DNA of 64,000 bases. It comes from Camelus dromedarius (taxonomy: Eukaryota). The translations under genes were made by a program, and so were the position numbers. This document shows positions 54,555-64,000 of this stretch, in pieces; position 1 is the first letter of the stretch, and every line of letters starts with the position of its first letter. The notes under the pieces were generated by a model that made no database searches, was not told the origin of the DNA, and worked only from the letters and a program-made list of their open reading frames with translations. Where the stretch lies: positions 41,728,001-41,792,000 of the forward strand of contig NC_087447.1 in NCBI RefSeq assembly GCF_036321535.1, in the 5' to 3' direction.

Positions 54555-55444
54555 AAGTTAATACTAGGTGTTATGATAGATAAATCTTGAAGCCTAAGTA
54601 GCTAGAATGAAAGAAGCTTTTTTTCTTTTTCACTTGCATAAAGTCTAATTAATGGCAGTGGGGTAGATGGGACAGTGACTTGCCACTTCAAAGTGTGGTT
54701 CTCAGGGTCATCTTGGGCATCAACATTCAGTTAGTAGAGTTTTAAAAGAAAGCATGGAACACTCCTGGGCATATATCCAGAAGGAGCCCTACTTCAAAAA
54801 TGGTGAAAAAGTATGTGACAATGAATATATGTATGTTCATGTATAACTGAAAAATTGTGTTCTACACTGGAAATTGACACAACATTGTAAACTGACTATA
54901 ACTCAATAAAATTAAATTTAAAAAAAATTTTTGAATAAATCAAAATAAAAATAACCCATGGGAAAAAAAAACATGTCAGCAGGCAGAGTGAAATTGATGT
55001 TGCTGAAGACAACAAATAATGCACATGTTAACTCAGTTATGATGATTTGCAGTTTCATTTTGCCTATTATCCAATTATTGCCACATTCATTTCTAATTTC
55101 AATCCCATTGTGATTTTTTCAGTAACTCTTTTGTTGATACTCTTATAATATCACCTGTGCTTTTTAGAACAGTACTTAATATATAATAGATTCTCAATAA
55201 ATATGTTGAGCTTTCTGAATTAAAAAAAAAAGAAGAAAGCATGAAAGATAGTAAAGGTTGGTTTTATGAGGTCGGCCTTGGATACTGTATATATCACTTG
55301 TATCCTGTTCTATTCATCAGAATAGATAACCACAATTATCTATAACCACAGTTAATTATAATGAGAGTTTGGCAAATAAAGCCTAGATATGTGCCTAGGA
55401 GAGAAGTGAAGCATTTAATGAACAACTACCTTTCCTCTGCCACA
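54555..55444 (-). mobile_element. Old MaLR LTR (MLT1J/K-like) split by the L1 plus transduction insertion
   Basis: LTR-like halves at 54555-54759 and 55233-55444, ending ...ctctgccaca. Confidence 0.55.
54760..55231 (+). mobile_element. Internally deleted L1 3' end (54760-54927) plus 3'-transduced DNA (54928-55221) and a second poly(A)
   Basis: TSD aagaaagcatg(g/a)aa at 54746-54759 and 55233-55246; two AATAAA+A-run units. Confidence 0.8.
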
Positions 55445-55528
55445 GTGTTCTTGCTGAATTCAATGATTGTTTTGCTTATCTTAATTCTCCTTGACCACTT
55501 TATTTTCTGACATTACTAATTCAATCTT

Positions 55529-56285
55529 TGTGGTAAAATAAAAAATAAACATTTATTCTTTATCTCTGTTCCTGGCACAGAGTTCCTGAAACTTTTGGAA
55601 TTTACTGTCTTTTGTATGCTAATGGGATGGTTTATGAGTTTAAGGAACCCCAAATACCTTCAGGAAGGGGACTGGTGTGCTAGAGGAATGAACCATGTGA
55701 TTAGAGGGTTGAAAATTTCAGCCCTACTTGGGAGGGGAGAGGGCCTGGAGATTGAATTAAGTCACCAATAGCCAATGAGCGAATCAATCATGCCTACCTA
55801 ATGTAACTTCCATAAAGCCCCTAAATGAAGGGGTACAGAGATCTTCCCAGCTGGTGAACACATTGGGAAGGTAGTGTGCTTGGAGAAGGCATGGAGGCTC
55901 TGCCCCATTCCCTCCCTTTATACCTTGACCTATACATCTCTTTTATTTGGCTGTTTTTGAGTTATATCCTTTATAGTAAACTGGTAGATGTAGGTAAGGT
56001 CTTCCTGAGTTTAGTGAGTTGTTCTAGTGAATTATTGAACCTAACTGGGGCAGTTGTGTGAACCCCTCAAATTTGTAGTCTGCAGGCAGAAATGTGGATA
56101 ACTTGGGCACCCCTTTTGCAGCTGGCATCTGAAGTGAGCGCAGTCTTGTGGGGCTGTGCCCTGACCCCTTGAATGTGGGGTCTACACTGACTCTGGGAAG
56201 TTAGTATGATGATTGAATTGAATTGTTGGATCCCTAGTTGGTGTTGGAACAAAAATACATGTTTGGTGTCAGAGAAAATACAACA
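55529..56285 (+). mobile_element. MER21-family solo LTR (MER21C-like)
   Basis: TG...CA ends; ttcctggcacagagttcctgaaac...gattagagggttgaaaatttcagccc...gctggcatctgaagtg; TSD-like atctt/gtctt. Confidence 0.8.
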
Positions 56286-56689
56286 GTCTTTATCATGCCA
56301 ATTTTCTCTTAATTTCAGTTAGTTCTCTCCCAATTTTTGTTTTGTTTTGTTTTTATTTTTGTGGCCCCTATACTACCGACTTTCTGTAAGAGTCAGTTTT
56401 CGTTTATTTGATGTTTTGTTTTCTCTGGGAAGTGGTGGTATCACTATTCTGTCAGTCTTTTGTACTTGAATCTTAGTCATGCCTTTGCTTATCTTTTTTT
56501 TGCAACTCTTGTGGTCTAAGTTTATTGCCTACATGTCTCAGACAGAGCAAAGCCATATTCTGGTATTTCTTTCTAATGCTAGGTTACTAATGTGGGGTGG
56601 ATCCTGGTAACAGATAGCCTGGAAGGTTTAACCAAAGGTAGTTCTTGCCTAATTTCACTTGTAGCAATTTGTCCTATAGCTGAACTAAC

Positions 56690-56805
56690 ACTAGGATAAA
56701 TATATATTATTCAAATCAGAATGCTTTTGAGAGTGAAAGGTAGTGAATTGGAGGACATGCATACACTGGGACTATCCTTAAGAAACTGATTTGTATGGTT
56801 ACTTA
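56690..56805. mobile_element. hAT MITE remnant (MER96-like)
   Basis: cttttgagagtgaaagg...ctgggactatcc...gtatggttact. Confidence 0.45.
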
Positions 56806-56935
56806 TATATATGCATGTGTAAAGTTATTCATGGCAGAAAATTGGAAGCTACCTAAATGTCCATCAGTAGGTGACTGAATTTGTGGTGCCACAGTCATTC
56901 ATCAGAATATAACACAACTGTTAAAAAGTATGAGA

Positions 56936-57738
56936 TAAAAGATGTGCAAATGGCTAAAAGGCACATGAAAAGATGCTGACATCAGTAATCCCTAGGGAAA
57001 TGCAATTCAAAACCACAGTGAGATACCACTTCACACATATTGTGATGACTAGTATTAAAAAAACAGAAAATAACAAGCGTTGGCAAGGGTGTAGAGAAAT
57101 TACAGTCCTTGTACACTGTTGGTGGGAATGTAAAATGGTGCAGCTGCTGTGGAAAATGATGTGGCAACTCCTCAGAAAGATTGGGATCAGAATTACTGTA
57201 TGGTCCAGCAATTTCACTTCTGGGTATATACACAAAGGAATTGAAAGCAGGGACTCAAGTGGATTTTTATATACACACATTCATAGTGGCATTATTCACC
57301 ATAGCTAAAATCAACCCAAGTATCTGTTGACAGATAAGTGGATAAAAAAAATGGTATATGTATACAGTGAAATGTTATTCAGCCTTAAAAATGAAGGAGA
57401 TTCCGATATATGCTACAACAGGGATGAACCTTGAGAACGTTATGCTAAGTGAAATAAGCCAGTCACAAAATGTTAAATATTGTACAATTTATGTGAAGTA
57501 CCTAGATTAGTTGACTTTGTAGAGACAGAAAGTAAAGTGGTGGTTGCCATAGGTGGGGGTGGGGAGGGAAGAATGAGGAATTGTTTAATGGGTATAGATT
57601 TTCAATTTGTAAGATAAAAAGTGTTCTGGAGATGGTTACAGAACAATGTGAATGTACTTAATACTACTGAACTGTACATTTAAAAATGGTTAAGATGATA
57701 AATGTATGTACACTTTACTAGTAGTAAAACATTTTTGG
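56936..57738 (+). mobile_element. L1MB-like 3' end nested in an older L1
   Basis: Peptide IPREMQFKTTVRYHFT...KKTENNKRWQG; TSD aaaagtatga(g/c)at at ~56923 and ~57739. Confidence 0.85.
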
Positions 57739-57799
57739 AAAAGTATGACATAGAGATTTATTCAGTGACATGAATGAATCTCTAAGACACATTGTATAG

Positions 57800-58225
57800 C
57801 AAATATCCAGAACAATTTGGAGAAGAAAGAACAAAGTTGGAGGACTTGTACTGTGTGATTTCAAGACATGCTATAGAGCTTAATATTCAAGACAGTGTGG
57901 TGTTGTCTTAAGGATCGATTTGTAGATCCATGCTACAGTCTAGAAGCAAACCCATGCATCATGGTAAATGTGTTTTCAATAGAGTTGCCAAGGTAATTTA
58001 GTTGTGGAAAAAATAGGGTTTTTAACAAATGGGGCTGAAACAGTTGAATGTCCATTTGGAAAAAAAAATTAGCCTTGACCCTGCCTCACACCATACAGAA
58101 AAAATAATTTGTAATAGATCATAGACTGTAAAAGCTAAAACTATAAAGATTTTAAAGGAAAACTTAGGAGAGCATCTTTGTAACCTTTGGTTAAGCAAAG
58201 ATATATAGAACACTGAAAGCATGAA
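57800..58225 (+). mobile_element. L1 ORF2 fragment
   Basis: aagaacaaagttggaggact...aagacagtgtggtgttg...aaactataaagattttaaaggaaaac. Confidence 0.75.
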
Positions 58226-60763
58226 TGAATAAAGTTTCTTTGGAATACTTGAAAACCCTTGAAAAATAGTATATTATCATTCAAAAAAGGTAGTCAGGTA
58301 GTAAGAAGTCCTGTTTTTGTTTCATAGATCTCACTTAGATCTGGATGCTACTGGGGCTTTCTGGTTTTTTCGCTCTTTACCTTTAGTGAGGAGGAGGAGA
58401 CTGGAAGAAATGAGGGGATATAGGTGATTCTAGCAGCACTTCACCTAGAAACTCAGCAAAATTTCCTCAGGTGTTATTTATTCTTCTGAGCCAGGTTTTC
58501 TTCATCAAGCCAGAATTTTGGGTATATTCAAATCTGTGCAATGACTTTTACAATAGAACTTCTTTATCAGAATTTTAATTGCTATAGATGGTAGCCAACT
58601 TTAGATACAAAAACATTATTATATGTGAAAGACTGTGATTTGGAGGAAAGAATACTGAACTCTGGGATTTTATTTATCTGTATCAGTATATATACCTATA
58701 TATAGATATATAATTTGATTTTAAAAGGCAACAGCCATTTAGAGAGAGAACATCAACTCTCTAGGTCGTATAATCTATTTTCACTGGTATATAAGGAATG
58801 ATATGTTGATACTATCCATCCTTCCACGCCCCAGTTCCTGGTCTAATCAAGTTCTTTGATGATCCCAACATTCTACTTACTGTATGAAGTATGTTCACAT
58901 CTTTTTTCCTGAGTTTGTATTGTGCTTCGAGTATTCATGTGAAACTTTCCCCACTATGGAAATGGTCATTTCCTTATAACTTAACAAATGTGTCAGTTTT
59001 AAAAAGTGAAGTATTTGGTGGCCTCTAGTGGTACTTATGTGTCTATAAAAAAAAAATCACTGATATCACCAATGTACAAAATTTTAGGGGGAGAGAGTTT
59101 CTAAGTTAATAAAGTGCAAATATGTATATTATTGAAGAAAAGTTTCTTAATCTTTGATAACTGAAAGTTTATTAATCAGTTATAAACCTGTCAGTTATGT
59201 GGCTGTGTCTATTACAGCAAATTTTATCTTTCCTTACTTTCAGGAAGGAAATAGACTTTCCTTACTTTAAAGAAATGCCTTGAAATTATTTATATATACA
59301 CATACACACACATATATATATATACATGTCTTAATTTAGAAGTATTTCTATTTTGCAGTAGTTTAGTATTGCACTGAAATGTGTCCATGAAGGAGGATGG
59401 TAGAATGATTTCTGACAGCTCCTTAACTATAATCAAAGCTAAATAATTTCAATATTTCATAAGTTAATCCTTCATAAAGTTTCTTTCTTTAAACAGCTAA
59501 TTCTGTCTAGCTTAAAGATACTTTAAGTTAGGTCAAGAACTATATGTGGAAATTAAGATCATTTCAAAAATTGGGAAAATCTGTATAAATTAAAGATTTG
59601 GAAAGCTAAAGAGAAAAGTGACAGTTTTAGGTAAGTTAAATTTATTTTAAGTGCTAAAATTTGTCTCCATTCATGCTAAAAATTAGATATTAAAATCTTA
59701 AGTCATATAGCTACTTACTATTGGCTGAGATGATAATAAAACCCTCTGGTCTTTTGACTCTCTGCTAAAGCTTTTCTAAAACTAAAATAAAATACTTTCT
59801 TGCGTTAGATGGGGCAAGCTGATTTTTTAAGAAGGTTTTTTTTTCTGCTCCTAAAAAATAAATAACAAGTCTTATTCTAACTAGGAAGGTTTAACTGGCA
59901 TTAGAAAGACATGAATAGGAAAGTGTTAACTTTAAAACATTAAAATCAGAAGGGTCTAATGACACAAATCTTTGATAATTAAGGAGTTGGCAGCTTTTAT
60001 TTCCTCCAAAAGTAGACCATATTTACAAGAAATATGCATAATATGGGTGAACTTAGAAAAACTTTGGCAGCCTTAGTGTTATAATGAAAAAGTTAGATTT
60101 TACTCTAGAATTCCTAACTGACTGAAGATTTCAGTCATTTAGGACTGAAGGGTAGTAAGATCTTCAGTATTTTTCTCCAGTTCAGTACTTTGTACTTACT
60201 TTGGGACTAGGACTAAACTGCTATAAAACTTACATGAGAAATACTATCAATTTTCTAATTAATTGTGGTTTCCATTGCTTGAGGTTCACTGGGCTCTTTC
60301 CCCAGTCAGTGACTGCTTTCCTGAGGCTTCTGAGTACTGATAAAATGAAGTAGAACCTTGGATTCTGGCTTTAAATGTTTTACTTTCTGACAGGTCAGAG
60401 AAGTGGAAGAAGAGACATGTTCTGAGTTGAAAAGAGCCACAGGAAGGCTCCCTGCTCATAAGTAGTATTTTCTACTTATTCCATCAACTAGAAATATTTT
60501 AAACTGAATGTGTCTTTAAAATTTCTAGACGATGCATTTTAATTCACGTGACTGTATACTTATATTAATATTGTTCTTCCTAGGTAATGTCTGTAATTTT
60601 ATCTCACGGAACAGCATGTTGCCTTTTGGTGACAGTGACAGCTTTTAAGTAGAATGATATGATTCTACTGTTACTAAAAGTGAAGAATTGTTTCCTAAAC
60701 AAGGAAAGGGGGTAAGAGTGGAGTCCAGAAACTATAACTTAGATATAGATCTCTGGCGATTTT

Positions 60764-61234
60764 TATTTTTATTAAAAATTTTTAAATAAAAAAATTAAAA
60801 TTGAGGTATAGTTGACATACAATATTATATAAGTTTCAGGTTTACAGTGTAGTGATTCACAATTTCAAAGATTATAGTCCATATATAGTTTTAAAAAAGT
60901 ATTGGCCCTATTCTTTATGCTGAACAATATATCCTTGGAGCTTATTTATTTTATACATGGTAATTTGTACCTTTTAATCCCCTGCCCCATCATACCCCTC
61001 CCCCTTTCCCTCTCCCCACTGGTAATCACTAGTTTGTACACTATATCTGTGATTCTGTTTCTTTTTTGTTATATTTACTAGTTTTATTTTTTAGACTCCA
61101 CATATAAGTGATATTATACAGTATTTGTCTTTCTCTATCTGACTTATTTCACTAAGCATAATACCCTCCAAGCCCATCCATGTTGTTTCAGAAGGCAAAA
61201 TTATATTCTTTTTTAATGGCAGAGGTAGTATTCC

Positions 61235-61268
<34 letters not shown>

Positions 61269-61438
61269 TTTGTATGACATCTTCTTTATCCATTCATCTG
61301 TTGATGGACACTTAGGTTGCTTTTATATCTTGGCGTTTGTAAATAATGCTGCTGTGAACATGGAGTCTATGTATCTTTTTGAATTAATGTTTTTGTTTTC
61401 TTTAAATACTCATCCAGGAGTGTAATTGCTGGATCATA
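60764..61438 (-). mobile_element. L1 3' end with internal (TG)n at 61237-61264
   Basis: ttgaggtatagttgacatacaatattatataagtttcagg...; TSD-like tctgg(c/a)ga(t/c)ttt at ~60752 and ~61439. Confidence 0.85.
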
Positions 61439-61617
61439 TCTGGAGACTTTTAAAATAAAGATTATTAAAGATTATTATAGCTTATGAGCATTTATGAAAA
61501 ACACAACTTTTTTTGTAGTTTGCTCATTTGTCCAGAATTTTGCTTTCAAATTTACAGTCATTTTGACAATTTAGCTATGATTTAATACCAATTCATTCAT
61601 TTAACAGATATTTATTA

Positions 61618-61740
61618 GAGGGGAGGATATAGCTCAAGTGGTAGAGTACATGCTCAGCATGCATGAGGTCCTGGGTTCAATCCCTGGTACCTCCTCTAAA
61701 AAAAAAAAAAATCTAATTACTTCCCCCTCCCCAAAACACC
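61618..61740 (+). mobile_element. tRNA-derived camelid-type SINE (Vic-1-like) inserted in an L2 fragment
   Basis: ggggaggatatagctcaagtggtagag...ggtcctgggttcaatccctggtacctcc, A-run, ctaattacttccccc tail. Confidence 0.88.
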
Positions 61741-64000
61741 CACAGTTATTGAACACTTACTGTGTGTCAGTCATTAAGATGGGTGTTGACAATATGGCAG
61801 TGAACCAGGTAAAATTCCTGGTGTCTTAGTGGAAGAGAGACTGGCACTAACTATAATGAATAAGTAAATTATATACTATGTGAGTAGTGATAAGTACTAT
61901 TAAAAATAATAAAGTATTGGCAGGAATAATGTGGCGCATTAGTTTGTAAATAACCAAGGCAACCAGTTACTTGTTGCTGCTTGCCAGGTAGTCTAATGAA
62001 AGCAGATGAGCTAGGTTAAATTAGAATTTTGCATATTTATGATATTACCAAGCAAATTGTAACTATATACTTTTAACCTTACCAAGTTATTAAATAAAAT
62101 ATCTTTAATATGAAGTAGTGATAGATACTAGTTTCTTGGCTTAAATGGCCAAGAATTATTCAGACAGATGAGTTGTACATGATAGTGATTATAATTTTAT
62201 GTAGTCAGATAGGTTACACATTTAATGTGCAACATATTTGTATATGATTCAATATTTTAAAAAATATTTGTATTCCATACAAGAACAAAGAAAGAATAGA
62301 GAGATGTAGAGCCACGTATTTGCAGTTTATCATTAAAGCAAGTTATAGTCAAGTATAAAAATCTTGTGTATTTCTATGTTAGTTCTGTAACTGGGCAATT
62401 GCTTCACTGATACAAGACTTTCCAAATTTAGGCTTCTAAAGAAAACATGGTTTTATGTATTTTTGATACCAGGGACTTTCCCCCCCTATTTATTTGTTAG
62501 CATACATAATATAGCATTTAAAGATTTATTCTTTTAATACAATCCATGGACTTGATCATTTTTTAGATTAATTATCTAGTTTCTAAATATAGAAAAATAT
62601 AAATAAGGTTAATTTGTTCTTTAAGATCAGTAATGTTTAGTGATTCTCTTTCACTCTTGTTTTGTTTTGTTTTCTCCTGCTTGACAAAGATTTGTGTAGA
62701 CTGGTTAATTATGATGCAGCCTTTAGTTATTGGTAGATCTCTGTAAAGTTCCTTCCTATAATAATAGAGTGTGACTCTCATTTAAAATCATCTTTGGGTA
62801 ATGATAAAAATGTCATGTATTCTTAGGGGTTGGAAAGGTTTCCTGGCCAAATTCCAACCTCCCTTTTGATGATTAAATTAGTTTGTATACAATACTCTTG
62901 CCAAGTGGTCATGTAACTTCCAGTGATTCATCCTTAAGTATTTTCTTAGTGCCTGTTAGGTGCTGGACAATGTGTTGGATGCTGAGCATATAATGGTAAA
63001 TAAGACAGATGTGGTCCATGACCTCATATTCTGTCTAGTAGCATTTGTATAGTGATGATAAATTTGCTTGTGTATGTAGTCACCTTCATAGTCTTATACG
63101 CATCATCTTCAAGTGTCTTGTTCTATTCCACAAATTCATAAGAGTATTAACCTGACCTATTCAGGTTAATACTCCAGTTGTGGTTACTGTATTTGAAAAT
63201 ACTGTGTTTTTTTCCTTCTCAAATGCCTGTTTGCTAAATTTGTATTAAAATTTGTACATATTCATCTTTTCAAAAGTTGGAGGTTCCAGAATGTTTGGAT
63301 GTGTCATTAAATTACAAACATACTACTCTTTACCTAATAAAAATTGGATTTTCTAGAACATATGCAGTGCAGAATGTTGAATATTACTACCCTATTTAAT
63401 TACATTATACTAAGAGTGTGATTTCAGACAGATAAAGTTGAAAGTTATTAAGATGGAGATCAGGTCCATGTAGGGCTAAATGTTATACTATGTAAGTGTA
63501 CATTAAAATTATAATTAAGTTGCCTTTTGCTTTTCAAAAAGAAATACCAACTTGAGCAAGTCTTTGGACATTGTTTTTGGCTAGCTTTTCAGTGGATCAT
63601 ATTAGAGACTGGAAACTAGTGCCAGCTATTCCTAGTGGAGTCATGAGCTATTGCTACTGCTTTGGCAGTCATTTTAGAGGTGTTAGCTACGGTGCTGCAA
63701 GAGTATGAAAACATTATGAGAACATCAGATCATGAGAAGTTAACTACATATTAATATCTGTGGCAAGTTTCAAATACCACTATTGATATATTTTATAATC
63801 TCAAATCACCTTAGCCCTTTGGTTCAGGTAGCTACTCCTTGTTTGTAGAGGTAAGAGCTCACTAATTGACTGAAGTCACTCATACGGCCAGTTACCAAGC
63901 AGCTAGATGAGGCTCTTCTTCCAGATTTAAAACAGAAATAAAATAGGAGGGTCCAAGGTATAGATCAGAACTGGTTATTATTTCTTTCTGCCTCCCAAGA

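Noticed and set aside
61618..61695. tRNA gene (also at 4365-4439)
   Set aside because: Has A and B boxes but also a SINE tail, a TSD at the 4.3-kb copy and two diverged copies; a tRNA-derived SINE

Overview
This is mammalian genomic DNA: AT-rich, CpG-poor and repeat-dense. It is most likely from a camelid, since it has camelid-type tRNA-derived SINEs and no Alu, B1, Bov-A, PRE1 or SINEC elements. The window lies inside SBF2/MTMR13 on the + strand. The only convincing host coding segment is an 86-nt exon at 48399-48484 ([30 protein letters not shown]-terminal uDENN region, equivalent to human exon 2), so the rest is intronic. The introns hold L1, L2, MIR, MaLR/ERVL LTRs, a decayed ERVL gag-pro-pol provirus, hAT MITEs and an antisense CAPNS1 processed pseudogene. 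Almost every ORF in the supplied track is repeat-derived or spurious. I see no new multi-gene system. The most unusual features are retrotransposition fossils: a CAPNS1 retrocopy with ~880 nt of non-canonical 5' sequence in place of the Gly-rich exon; an L1 3' transduction; an L1 with a ~120-bp target-site duplication; twin-priming and micro-inversion events. There are also candidate recursive-splice or poison-exon sites in the long SBF2 introns. Gene and repeat-family names are recognised from memory, with no search run; boundaries of old repeats are approximate.
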